Origin: an uncultured bacterium
GTDB lineage: Bacteria; SAR324; NAC60-12
Assembly: GCA_965662235.1 (NCBI GenBank)
Contig: CBFIGY010000020.1
Span: 1-50,577 of the forward strand
Direction: 5' to 3'
Length of the DNA: 50,577 nucleotides
Shown: piece after piece, positions 28,426-37,874 of the stretch
Layout of the letters: every line of letters begins with the position of its first letter
Position numbering within the stretch: position 1 is the stretch's first letter
Translations under genes and position numbers: made by a program
The notes under the pieces: model-generated
Databases searched by the model: none
Seen by the model: only the letters and a program-made list of their open reading frames with translations
Told to the model about the DNA's origin: nothing

Positions 28426-29292
28426 TCAGTGATGCTTCAGGACAAACACCGGACACTCGGTGTGGTGGAGCACATAGTCCGTGTTGCTTCCCAAGAAGAG
28501 TCGGCCCATGCTGGAGTGCTCGTGCCCAGCCATCATGACCAGCTTGGGGTGAACCTCGTTGCAGTGCTCCAGAATGGGATGGTACGTTGAGTTCCCAAAC
28601 TTGATGATCGCCTTCCAGGGAGACTGCAGTCCTAGGGGCTCCACAAAATCCTCTAGTGCCTGCTTGGCCTGGTCGGCAGTGATTTCCACGCCTGTCACCC
28701 AGTGCACCTCGCCTCCGAAGTAGGAGTAATCCACCGTCTGCACGACGTGCAGCAGCTGCAACTCCCAGCCCTCCCGCTGAGCCACTTCATCCGCCTGCTG
28801 GAGCAGCGTTTTGCTCGCATCACTCAGGTCCACCGGAACCACCAGGCGGTTTTCCGCATTTTCCTTCGGCTGCCGGTAGACATAGACCGGAACGTGGATG
28901 TGATGCAGCACGTAGTCCGTGTTGCTTCCCAAGAAGAGCCGCCCCAGCAGGGTGTGGGAATGCGCGGCCATGATCACCAGATCCGCACTCGTCGAGCGAA
29001 CCGCGTCCAGAATCTTCAGGTACGGCGTTCCATGCAGGTGCAGGAGGTCGTGCTCGGACTTCAGGTTCAGCTCCTTGACAAAGCTGCTCAGCCGCACCAC
29101 TTCCTGCGCATCCTCACGCGCCGTCTGGTGCTCAAAAGCGCCCGGATAGTAATCGGTTTCCAGAATCGGAGAGGCGTGCAGGATGTGCAGCTTGGCCCCA
29201 ACTCGACTTGCCCAGGCGTCCGCAAACTCCACGACTTCCCGACTGATTTGACTGTAATCAACAGGCACCAGAATGTTTGTTTCACGTTCCAT
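28426..29292 (-). CDS. Tandem universal stress protein
   Basis: Two USP domains: ILVPVDYS / LVVPVDLS and twice GRLFLGSNTDYVLHH. Confidence 0.92.
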   Translation of the reverse strand: MERETNILVPVDYSQISREVVEFADAWASRVGAKLHILHASPILETDYYPGAFEHQTAREDAQEVVRLSSFVKELNLKSEHDLLHLHGTPYLKILDAVRSTSADLVIMAAHSHTLLGRLFLGSNTDYVLHHIHVPVYVYRQPKENAENRLVVPVDLSDASKTLLQQADEVAQREGWELQLLHVVQTVDYSYFGGEVHWVTGVEITADQAKQALEDFVEPLGLQSPWKAIIKFGNSTYHPILEHCNEVHPKLVMMAGHEHSSMGRLFLGSNTDYVLHHTECPVFVLKHH

Positions 29293-29607
29293 ACAACCTC
29301 CTTCAGGCAAGGGATCCGAGATCGCAACAGAGCCTCTGTGGCCCTTCACTCAAGAGCAGTATGCCCCCTTTCTCCGCATTTGGTATCCGCAAGTTCCCTT
29401 AGGCCCCACGTCTTTCCCCAAAGGCCCGGCCTTCACGCCTTCGAGGCAGACTGACAGCGTCCGGGCATCCAGACGGATCGTGCTTGATTGATGGCTCCGG
29501 TTTCCGCTAAGCTGAAGGCCTCACGGATCTGTTCAGGCGAGCCCCCCACGACCCCGCTGCTCCCTCAGCCTCAGTCGGCGGTGCCGCCCCCTTTACCAAG
29601 GTTGCCC

Positions 29608-30075
29608 ATGTCTGCAAATCAGTCACTCAATCAAGCCCACCACTACAAGTTCAACGATTGGGAAAAGGGGCTGGACGCGCTCTTCATCAGCTGCATCCAT
29701 CAGTCCCGCTTCGGGCTTGCACTCTTCTCCGACACCGCCCGTCGCGAATCCAGTGACGCCAACGGGCATCCCATCAAGGAACTCAGCCGGCGCCTCAAGC
29801 AGGGACTCGACCACGAGCTCAACCACCTGCTCAAGAACATCACCCGGAAGGACTTTGACGAACTGCTCCGGCTGGAAAAGAAGAGCGATCCTGCGGTGTA
29901 CGACTTCTTCCGCGTCCAGAAAACCGCGCTTCCCAACAACGCCCTCATCAACTTCATCCACGGCGACAACCGGAACGCGATCCTGGTCTTCTCCCCCATC
30001 TCCATCAATAAGGAAATGGTCCGGATCATCAACGCCATCAACAGCGTGGTTGATCCCAAAGAGCGCGCCATCTAA
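29608..30075 (+). CDS. Hypothetical protein
   Basis: Strong C-ending codon bias from MSANQSL; no recognised motif. Confidence 0.7.
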   Translation: MSANQSLNQAHHYKFNDWEKGLDALFISCIHQSRFGLALFSDTARRESSDANGHPIKELSRRLKQGLDHELNHLLKNITRKDFDELLRLEKKSDPAVYDFFRVQKTALPNNALINFIHGDNRNAILVFSPISINKEMVRIINAINSVVDPKERAI

Positions 30076-30108
30076 CGCTTCCTTTCTCGCCTGCTCGTCC
30101 CAACACAC

Positions 30109-30891
30109 ATGACCGTTCACTTCATTGGCGCCGGCCCAGGGGCCCCGGACCTCATCACCATCCGAGGCCGGGACCTCATTGCAGCCTGTCCGGTTTGCCT
30201 GTACGCCGGCTCGCTCGTTCCTCCGGAAATCTTGGCCTATGCTCCTGCAGACGCCCACATCCGGGACACCGCTCCCATGCACCTTGACGAGATCATCACC
30301 GAGATGGTCCAAGCGCATGAAGCCGGACTGGACGTGGCGCGCGTGCACTCCGGAGATCCGTCGCTCTATGGCGCCATTGCCGAGCAGATGCGGCGTCTGG
30401 ATGCCCTAGGCATCGACTACGACGTCACCCCTGGTGTCCCAGCGTATGCGGCAGCGGCAGCGGCATTGAAACAGGAACTGACGCTTCCGGAAATCAGCCA
30501 AACGGTGATTGCCACCCGAACCAGCCGACACGCCTCCGCCATGCCGGAAGGAGAAGACCTAGACACGCTGGGACGGACCAAGGCCACGCTGGCCATTCAC
30601 CTTTCCATTGGGAACCTCAAGCACGTTCAGGACACGCTGATTCCACACTACGGAGCCGACTGTCCTGTGGTCGTCGCGTACCGAGTCGGGTGGTCTGATG
30701 AGCAATTCCTTCATGGCACCCTAGCAACCATCCGGGAACAGGTACAGGCAGCCAAGATCAGCCGCACCGCCCTGATCTTCGTCGGTCGCGTGCTGGGTGC
30801 CCAGGAGTTCCGAGACAGTGCCCTCTACCACGCTGAGCACGCCCACATCCTCCGTCCCAAAAAATCCTCAGCTGCGGCGCAACCAGAGTAA
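30109..30891 (+). CDS. cobM: Precorrin-4 C11-methyltransferase
   Basis: MTVHFIGAGPGAPDLIT, CLYAGSLV, HSGDPSLYGA, ELTLPEISQT. Confidence 0.95.
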   Translation: MTVHFIGAGPGAPDLITIRGRDLIAACPVCLYAGSLVPPEILAYAPADAHIRDTAPMHLDEIITEMVQAHEAGLDVARVHSGDPSLYGAIAEQMRRLDALGIDYDVTPGVPAYAAAAAALKQELTLPEISQTVIATRTSRHASAMPEGEDLDTLGRTKATLAIHLSIGNLKHVQDTLIPHYGADCPVVVAYRVGWSDEQFLHGTLATIREQVQAAKISRTALIFVGRVLGAQEFRDSALYHAEHAHILRPKKSSAAAQPE

Positions 30892-31617
30892 GGCCTCTTC
30901 CACGGTTTCTACCGTTGGCGCCTCCGGAAGCACAGGTCGCTCGATCATCAACACCGGAGTCGACCGAGCCCGGGCGGCTTCCAACTTGGCCTGGGTTGCC
31001 GTCCCTCCGCTGTTTTTACTCACCAACACGGAAATCGACTGAGCCTCCATCCACGCCTGCTCGGCTTCCACCGAAAATGGCCCCCGCTGTTGCACCCAGC
31101 TCGCCCCCGGCCAGGCATCCGGAGCCGGGGCCTGTAGCGTCCGCACCCAAAATCGAGCCCCGTCAAGAGACCGGAAAACCTCCCACCCTCGCTCTCCCAC
31201 GGTCAGAAACACCCGTCCCGGATGCTCCTGCAACCAGTCATGTGCCGCCTCCAGGTTCGGAAGCATGATCCAGTGATCGTCAGGTTCCGGAACCCAGGCC
31301 GGCCGAGCCAAACGCACCAGGGGCACCTTCGTTAACTCACAGGCCTGTACCGCCTGCGTTGACATCTGGGCAGCAAAGGGATGGGTCGCATCCACAACTT
31401 GGTGAACCGAGGCCTCCCGGAAAAAAGCCGCCAGCCCTGCCACGCCTCCGAAGCCTCCCACGCGCAGGGCGCCCGCCGGTAGACGCGGCTTGGCTGTTGC
31501 CCCCGAAAGCGAGGTCAGCACGGTTCCCAGCCGGGGAATCGGTTCCGCCGCCAGCGCTTCTGCCAGTTGGTAGGCCTCTTGGGTGCCACCGAGGATCAGC
31601 AGGGTTCGCGTGCTCAC
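30868..31617 (-). CDS. cobK: Precorrin-6A/cobalt-precorrin-6A reductase
   Basis: LILGGTQEA, GGFGGVAGL, DATHPFA, KNSGG. Confidence 0.92.
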   Translation of the reverse strand: MSTRTLLILGGTQEAYQLAEALAAEPIPRLGTVLTSLSGATAKPRLPAGALRVGGFGGVAGLAAFFREASVHQVVDATHPFAAQMSTQAVQACELTKVPLVRLARPAWVPEPDDHWIMLPNLEAAHDWLQEHPGRVFLTVGERGWEVFRSLDGARFWVRTLQAPAPDAWPGASWVQQRGPFSVEAEQAWMEAQSISVLVSKNSGGTATQAKLEAARARSTPVLMIERPVLPEAPTVETVEEALLWLRRS

Positions 31618-32714
31618 TCGTCCTCCGGGAATCCTGATTGCCCCACCAGACGTCCGGCCCGATCCACAATGAGCACCTCCACTCGGATCTGCTCATGCCG
31701 GAGGACCTGGTAGGCCTGCTGACGAGCCTGGCGGGCAATGTAATCGGCCAACGGGACCCCTGCGGTTTCGGCCAGCGTGAGCACCTCGTTGGCCGTGTTG
31801 GCCCCGGTCACAGCAGCCGGTTTTTCCAAAGGCGCCCCGGTCGCGTGCCACTGCTGGGCCAACCAGTCAAAATCGACTTGGCTCCGTCCAGAATGAAGAT
31901 CAAGATGACCCTGTGCCAATTTGCAGAGCTTGCCGAAACCGCCGCCAATGGTCAGCTGAGGCACCGGATGCTTGCGGAGGTACTTCAGCATTCCTCCGAC
32001 AAAATCGCCCATGTCCAGCATCGCCTCATCCGGAAGCTGGTACCGTGCCTGAACCGCCTTCTCGCTGACAGAGCCCGTGCATCCGGCAACATGGGGGAAG
32101 CCATTGGCCCGCGCGAGGTTGATGCCGCTGTGGATGGAGTGAATCCACGCAGAGCAGGAGTAGGGAACCACCACCCCCGTGGTGCCCAGAATGGAAAGTC
32201 CCCCGACAATGCCCAGCCGCGGATTCCAAGTCTGCTTGGCCAACTCGGCGCCGTTTGGGACAGAAACCGTGATGCAAAGGTCTGGAGGTTCCTGATACCG
32301 TGCCGCGACTTCCGTCAGAGCAGCAAGCATGAGCTGGCGCGGAACCGGATTGATCGCCGGCTCTCCCGGAGGAATGGGCAGTCCCGGTTTGGTGACGGTT
32401 CCCACTCCCAGACCAGCCTCAAACCGGATCCCGCTTCCGGAAGGGCCACGCTCCACGGTCGCACAGATCAGCGCCCCGTGCGTCACATCCGGATCATCCC
32501 CAGCGTCCTTGATCACGCCCGCAGTGGCCTGATCCGCGGTCCGGGTCTGGGGAATGATTTCAAATTCGGGACAGCGCCCCTTCGGCAGTTCAATGGTCAC
32601 CGTTTCCGGAAAGGAGCCGGAAAACAAAGCGATGCCTGCAGCCTTCGTTGCAGCCGTGGCGCAGGCACCAGTGGTCCATCCACGGCGCAGAGGCCCTGTG
32701 GGTTTACGGGCCAT
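31614..32714 (-). CDS. cbiD: Cobalt-precorrin-5B C1-methyltransferase
   Basis: LRRGWTTGACA, KDAGDDPDVTHG, NPRLGIVGGLSILGTTG. Confidence 0.96.
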   Translation of the reverse strand: MARKPTGPLRRGWTTGACATAATKAAGIALFSGSFPETVTIELPKGRCPEFEIIPQTRTADQATAGVIKDAGDDPDVTHGALICATVERGPSGSGIRFEAGLGVGTVTKPGLPIPPGEPAINPVPRQLMLAALTEVAARYQEPPDLCITVSVPNGAELAKQTWNPRLGIVGGLSILGTTGVVVPYSCSAWIHSIHSGINLARANGFPHVAGCTGSVSEKAVQARYQLPDEAMLDMGDFVGGMLKYLRKHPVPQLTIGGGFGKLCKLAQGHLDLHSGRSQVDFDWLAQQWHATGAPLEKPAAVTGANTANEVLTLAETAGVPLADYIARQARQQAYQVLRHEQIRVEVLIVDRAGRLVGQSGFPEDE

Positions 32715-32842
32715 CGGTTGATTTCGAATGCGGTTTCATGCGCGGCATGCTTCTCTGCAAGGGGGCATTTCCGGGAGGCAGTACACCCCCGCAGTTTGAT
32801 CGATTCTCTGCAGAAATTCAAAACTCTCTCAGGAGCCTCACC

Positions 32843-33439
32843 ATGTACGTCCCTGCTCACTTCCGGGAGCCCGATCGGGAACGCTGCCATGAGCTGGTCC
32901 GGCAACACCCGTTCGGCCTCCTCCTGTGCAACGGCCCAGTGGTCCCTGAGGTGACCCACCTTCCTCTGCACCTAGAGGTGACTCCGGAGGGCGATCGGTT
33001 GCTTGGGCACTTGGCCCGAGCGAACCCTCATGCCAGAATGCTGAAGACGGGGCAAACGGCCCTAGCGGTCTTTTCCGGCACCCACGGCTACATCACCCCG
33101 CATGCGTACCAGAGTCCGGACCAAGTGCCCACCTGGAACTACCGGGTCGTTCACGCTCACGGCACCCTCAGGTGCCTGGAAGACGACACGGAGCTGATGC
33201 GCCTGGTTGACGCTCTGACGGAGGCGCATGAAGGCACACGTCCGGATCCCTGGCAGGCGGACTGGAGCAACCCACGGCTGGTGCAGATGCTCAAGGCGAT
33301 TGTCGGCTTTGAGCTTCAGGTCGAACGCTGGGAGGGCAAGGCCAAGCTCAGCCAAAACCGGGCTCCGGAAGACCAACAGTCCCTCCGGGACTACCTTTTG
33401 AAACACAACGGCTCTGACGAGTTGGTACAAAGCACCTAA
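32843..33439 (+). CDS. FMN-binding negative transcriptional regulator (PaiB family)
   Basis: MYVPAHF, GHLARANP, VPTWNY, KAKLSQN; AGGAG RBS. Confidence 0.92.
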   Translation: MYVPAHFREPDRERCHELVRQHPFGLLLCNGPVVPEVTHLPLHLEVTPEGDRLLGHLARANPHARMLKTGQTALAVFSGTHGYITPHAYQSPDQVPTWNYRVVHAHGTLRCLEDDTELMRLVDALTEAHEGTRPDPWQADWSNPRLVQMLKAIVGFELQVERWEGKAKLSQNRAPEDQQSLRDYLLKHNGSDELVQST

Positions 33440-33442
33440 CTG

Positions 33443-34048
33443 ATGGTTCGGATTACAAAGGTTTACACACGTACCGGCGACGCAGGCACCACCGGATTGG
33501 TCGGTGGACGCCGCATTGCCAAGGATCACCTGCGCCTTGAAGGCTACGGCACCGTTGATGAACTCAACAGCGTTGTGGGCCTCTGCCGCACCTTCCTCGC
33601 TCAAAAAGACGCCTCGGTTCGCCGAGACAAGCTGGACCTCATCCTGGAAGCGATCCAGCAGAAGCTCTTTGACATGGGTTCCGAGCTGGCGACCCTTCCC
33701 GGAGACGAGTACGAGGGACAGGTCACGCTGGAAGCCGCAGACGCCGAATGGCTGGAGGAAGTCATTGATGCCATGAACGAAGACCTTGAGCCCCTCCGGA
33801 GCTTCATCCTGCCCGGAGGCACCCCCCTGAACGCCTTCCTGCACCAGGCCCGGACGGTCTGTCGCCGCGCTGAGCGTGCGGTCATTCGTCTCAGCCGTGA
33901 AGACACCGTCAGCCCGGAAGTCGTCAAGTACCTCAACCGGCTTTCCGACTTCCTCTTTGTCGCCGGACGCTGGGTGACGGTTGCGTTGGGGGAAGAGGAA
34001 ACCCTTTGGGTGCCCGGGAAGTCTCGGCCGGACTGGAAGTGGAGCTGA
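33443..34048 (+). CDS. pduO: PduO-type cob(I)alamin adenosyltransferase
   Basis: TKVYTRTGDAG, YGTVDELNS, FILPGG, RTVCRRAER, YLNRLSD. Confidence 0.93.
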   Translation: MVRITKVYTRTGDAGTTGLVGGRRIAKDHLRLEGYGTVDELNSVVGLCRTFLAQKDASVRRDKLDLILEAIQQKLFDMGSELATLPGDEYEGQVTLEAADAEWLEEVIDAMNEDLEPLRSFILPGGTPLNAFLHQARTVCRRAERAVIRLSREDTVSPEVVKYLNRLSDFLFVAGRWVTVALGEEETLWVPGKSRPDWKWS

Positions 34049-34183
34049 CGGCCACCCGAGCGAGTGGTTTCACAAAACCCTCCTTTCCGGACGTCCTACA
34101 GGCGCGAACACGATCAAAACGTGCATTCCCCGCCTAAAACCGTTATTCTAATTGCGTTTAATTGCCTGTTTAAGGAGTTTTTC

Positions 34184-34603
34184 ATGCAGTACCTTCACAC
34201 GATGATTCGCGTCAAAGACCTGGACGCTGCTCTGGATTTTTGGTGCAACAAGCTCGGGCTCAAGGAGATCCGTCGCAAGGAGAGCGAGAAGGGACGCTTC
34301 ACCCTCGTTTTCCTGGCTGTCAGTGAAGACGACCCGCCCCTAGAGCTGACTTACAACTGGGATCAGGACGAGCCCTACTCCGTGGGCCGGAACTTTGGAC
34401 ACGTGGCCTACGCGGTGGAAAACATCTATGAGACCTGTGAGCGTCTCCAGAGCGGAGGCGTCACCATTCTCCGCCCTCCCCGGGACGGACGCATGGCCTT
34501 TGTCCGCAGCCCCGATCAGGTGTCGGTGGAGCTGCTTCAAGAAGGCGAGGCGCTGCCGGTGCAGGAACCCTGGGCGTCCATGCCCAGCCAGGGTGAGTGG
34601 TAA
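34184..34603 (+). CDS. gloA: Lactoylglutathione lyase (VOC family)
   Basis: [30 protein letters not shown]. Confidence 0.9.
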   Translation: MQYLHTMIRVKDLDAALDFWCNKLGLKEIRRKESEKGRFTLVFLAVSEDDPPLELTYNWDQDEPYSVGRNFGHVAYAVENIYETCERLQSGGVTILRPPRDGRMAFVRSPDQVSVELLQEGEALPVQEPWASMPSQGEW

Positions 34604-34604
34604 G

Positions 34605-35156
34605 ATGATCGAACGCCTGCGCGACCTGTTTCGCCAACGCATCGTTGCTCCTATCTTTTCCAGCGAAGCGCCGGCCGCAGAAGTCGCGTGGGCCGTGGCC
34701 ATTGGGCTGTTCATTGGGCTGACCCCCACCATGGGCATCCAGATGTACATTGCAGGGGGCGTGTGGCTGCTCTGCCGTCCCTTCGGATTCCGTTTCAACC
34801 TCCCGGTCGCTGTGGCCATGGTGTGGGTGTCCAACCCCCTCACGGTGGTGCCCATTTACTACGCCTTTCTGGTGGTCGGTGGACTGGTGCTGCAGATTTC
34901 CGACAACCTCAACTACGCCTACTTTCACGACACGCTGACCCGGATCAGCACCGAGGGCACCGCGTGGGAAGCCATGGTCAATGGAACCCGGTTCCTGCTG
35001 GTGGACCTCGGCTGGCCCATGGTCATCGGAAGCCTGTTCTTTGCGCTCCCGGGAGCCGTCCTTGGATACGCGCTCACGCTACGGGCGCTCAACCGACGCA
35101 AGGCCCGGGGCTTGGGCCCTCAACCGGTTGCTCACCCCATCAAACCGGCGCCATGA
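34605..35156 (+). CDS. DUF2062 membrane protein
   Basis: AIGLFIGLTPTMG, WVSNPLT. Confidence 0.85.
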   Translation: MIERLRDLFRQRIVAPIFSSEAPAAEVAWAVAIGLFIGLTPTMGIQMYIAGGVWLLCRPFGFRFNLPVAVAMVWVSNPLTVVPIYYAFLVVGGLVLQISDNLNYAYFHDTLTRISTEGTAWEAMVNGTRFLLVDLGWPMVIGSLFFALPGAVLGYALTLRALNRRKARGLGPQPVAHPIKPAP

Positions 35157-36361
35157 AGATTCCCACGCTTCGCCCCACCTGGAAACAGGCCGTCCGCTTG
35201 TACCGTCAGGGGAATCAGGCCCTGGCTGCAGGGAAGGCGGAAGACGCTCAGCGTCTGTGGCAAGCGTCTGAGTCAGCTCACTCCCGTCCTGCTGTCCCGG
35301 AACCTCCACCTCCGCTCCTGAACATGAAGGTGGTCCGCTTCATTGCGGTCCGAGCGGTGGCCGTCATCACCTGCTTCTACCTCATCCTCTTTGCCGCCTT
35401 TCCTCGTCAAGATGACCCGTTCCTGATGATGCTCGGAGGAGGCCCTCCCGGACAGGAACGCTCGGCCTGGGACCAGTTCTGGGACAGCGGACGCCCCTCG
35501 CATGACATGGGCCGCTACCTCGGCACACGGGACCTCTGGCCGTCCCTTCGGCAGAGCCTGGAAGAGCTGCTGGGACAGGAAGACGGGCAGCAGCAAGGAG
35601 GAAATGTTGCTCAGCAACTGCTGGAGCGCTGGCTCCGGCAAAGCCGGGACCTTCCCGCAGGCGTGCCGCTCCGGGAAGTGGACTACTACGCTCTTGCTGG
35701 ACGTGGACTCTCCACGGCTCGGCAGTTTGATGAGGCCATTGCCACCTTTCAGGAGGGCCTCATGCATGCCGAGAACGCCCGGCAGCTGGGCAACCTGCAT
35801 CAGGAAATCGGCACCAGCTACTACTACCAGGGCTACCACCTGCAGCCCGACGGACTGGCCGACTACGACCTGCAACTGGTCCGTAAGTCCGCTGAGGCGT
35901 ATGAAGAAGCCTCTGCCTACTCCTCCAGTCCCTACCTGTTTGGCAACCTGGGCTGGAGCTACTACCTGCTCGGGGAGTATCAGAAGTCGATCGAAAACAG
36001 CAAACGGGCCCTCGCCATTGATCCTTCGCTCAACTACGTCCGGATGAACCTTGGCATCACGTACCTGCGGATGCACGACTATGAGGCCACCTACCAGGCC
36101 TACGAAGGCATCCTCCGCTTCAACCCCGATGGGCTGGAGTACGAAGGAGGCATCCGGGACCTGAAGGAGCTGGAGCGTGAGTTTCCGGGACGCTACCCCT
36201 TTCTGGAGTTTGTCTTGGGGTTCATCTACCTCAAGCAGGAACGTTACGCCCTGGCTCGGGAGCACCTGCAGGCCTTCACCAATCAGTCTTTCCCAGAGCG
36301 TTACTGGCAGGACTACGCCCGGCACCTGATGGCCACCATGGGTTCTCAGCGCAAAGGTTGA
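35153..36361 (+). CDS. Membrane-anchored TPR protein
   Basis: One TM segment then TPR-like NLGWSYYLLGEYQKSIE..RALAIDP and NLGITYL; ATGA overlap. Confidence 0.8.
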   Translation: MKIPTLRPTWKQAVRLYRQGNQALAAGKAEDAQRLWQASESAHSRPAVPEPPPPLLNMKVVRFIAVRAVAVITCFYLILFAAFPRQDDPFLMMLGGGPPGQERSAWDQFWDSGRPSHDMGRYLGTRDLWPSLRQSLEELLGQEDGQQQGGNVAQQLLERWLRQSRDLPAGVPLREVDYYALAGRGLSTARQFDEAIATFQEGLMHAENARQLGNLHQEIGTSYYYQGYHLQPDGLADYDLQLVRKSAEAYEEASAYSSSPYLFGNLGWSYYLLGEYQKSIENSKRALAIDPSLNYVRMNLGITYLRMHDYEATYQAYEGILRFNPDGLEYEGGIRDLKELEREFPGRYPFLEFVLGFIYLKQERYALAREHLQAFTNQSFPERYWQDYARHLMATMGSQRKG

Positions 36362-36385
36362 GCTGACCTTCACTTCCCGTCTCCA

Positions 36386-37756
36386 ATGAGTTCGCCCGCT
36401 CCTCAGGCCCTCCCGCTCCGGTTGCGGCTGGGATACGCCACCGCTGAAACCGGCCTCAACGCCGTGGAGGTCCTGGTCCGACTGTACCTGCTGTCGTTTT
36501 ACACCGACGCGGTAGGCCTCTCTCCGTTTTGGGCAGGACTGGCCGGGCTGATCGGCTTGCTCTGGGACGCGGTCACCGATCCGGTGATGGGGCAGATCTC
36601 CGACCGCACCTACGCCCGCTTCCGGGGCCGACACCCCTACCTGATTCTGGGCTCCGCCCTGCTCGCAGGCGCGCTGCTGGTGCTCTTCTCGCCTCCTCCG
36701 TTGGAAAATGAGCTGGCTGCGTTTTCCTACCTACTCGGCTCCTACCTCCTCCTCAACACGGCCTTGACCGTCCTCGCGGTTCCGTACAACGCAATGGTGG
36801 GCGACCTCACTCAGGACCGGGACGAGCGCTCCGTCCTCTTTGCCTTCCGCTTTGCGTTTGGCAACATCGGAGGCATTCTGGCTGCCGGCATCCCTGGGGT
36901 GTTCCTGGTCAGGACCGCCGATGGCGCGCTGGCAGGAGATGGCATGAGCAGCGTGGCCGCGATCCTAGCCGCCGTTGTGCTGCTTTCTGCGCTCCTGACC
37001 TGGCAGCAGACGCGGTCCCACTCCGCTCCACCCGAGGCTCAGGCACCGGACTCGCTGCGGCAGGCCTTCCGGACCATCCGCACCAACCAGGCCTTTCTGG
37101 TGCTGATCGTGGCCTACTTTGTTGCCAATGCCGGCATTGCCCTCAACTCCACGCTGGCGCGCTACTACTACCTTTACCGCCTCCGTTTGACCGAGAGCGA
37201 GGTCGGGTTGCTGCTGATGACCTTCATGCTCATCCTCACACTCTCCCTTGTTCTGTGGGTCAAGCTTTCAGAGCGCTTTGGCAAGCTGACGCCCTTGCGA
37301 TGGGGAGCCGGACTGCTCGGGCTCGGGACCTGCATCGTGTACCCGTTGTTGCCTGCGGAATCCTTTGGCACCACCCTGTTCTTTGCAGGAGGAGTGCTGG
37401 GAGGGCTCGTGGGCTCCGTGGTCTTGCTCGACTCGATGCTGACCGACGTCATCAACCTCGATCACCTCCGTTCCGGACGGTACCGTGGCGGGATTTACTT
37501 TGGGCTCTGGCGCTTTGCTGCGAAGGTTTCCCGAGGGATCGCATTCTTTGGCACCGGCGCCTTGCTGGGCGCAATTGGCTTTGAAGCCAACCAGGAGCAA
37601 TCCCCGGAAACGCTGCAGTGGCTGGGTCTGCTGTTTGGGCCGGGCGTGGGTGGATTCCTGCTGATCGCCATTGCTGTGATGATTCCGTATCGGTACACCG
37701 ATGCCAAGCAGCGTCAGGTGCAGCGTCTGCTGCAGGCCAAGAACTCGGAGGGGTGA
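36386..37756 (+). CDS. MFS/GPH (MelB-like) sugar:cation symporter
   Basis: WDAVTDPVMGQISDRT, PYNAM, DERS motifs. Confidence 0.88.
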   Translation: MSSPAPQALPLRLRLGYATAETGLNAVEVLVRLYLLSFYTDAVGLSPFWAGLAGLIGLLWDAVTDPVMGQISDRTYARFRGRHPYLILGSALLAGALLVLFSPPPLENELAAFSYLLGSYLLLNTALTVLAVPYNAMVGDLTQDRDERSVLFAFRFAFGNIGGILAAGIPGVFLVRTADGALAGDGMSSVAAILAAVVLLSALLTWQQTRSHSAPPEAQAPDSLRQAFRTIRTNQAFLVLIVAYFVANAGIALNSTLARYYYLYRLRLTESEVGLLLMTFMLILTLSLVLWVKLSERFGKLTPLRWGAGLLGLGTCIVYPLLPAESFGTTLFFAGGVLGGLVGSVVLLDSMLTDVINLDHLRSGRYRGGIYFGLWRFAAKVSRGIAFFGTGALLGAIGFEANQEQSPETLQWLGLLFGPGVGGFLLIAIAVMIPYRYTDAKQRQVQRLLQAKNSEG

Positions 37757-37874
37757 GCAACCCTCAGCTTGCACCCGCTTCCGACTCTCGCTACAGTAAC
37801 CGCTTCCCCCAGACCAACTTTTTGAAAAAACACACCAAACTCAACGTGACCCCACCGTGCTTCCTTCACTGCGC

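Noticed and set aside
32722..32765. GAATGCGGT...GCGCGGC resembling part of a cobalamin riboswitch between cbiD and paiB
   Set aside because: Lacks the GGGAA, GCCCCCGCAACTGT and B12-box elements, and the intergenic space is too short
34688..35152. N-terminal extensions of the TPR ORF (and similarly of the ORFs at 27107, 32648, 34395, 10868, 8454)
   Set aside because: They overlap neighbouring genes or non-coding repeats; downstream starts fit RBS, signal peptides or gene coupling better
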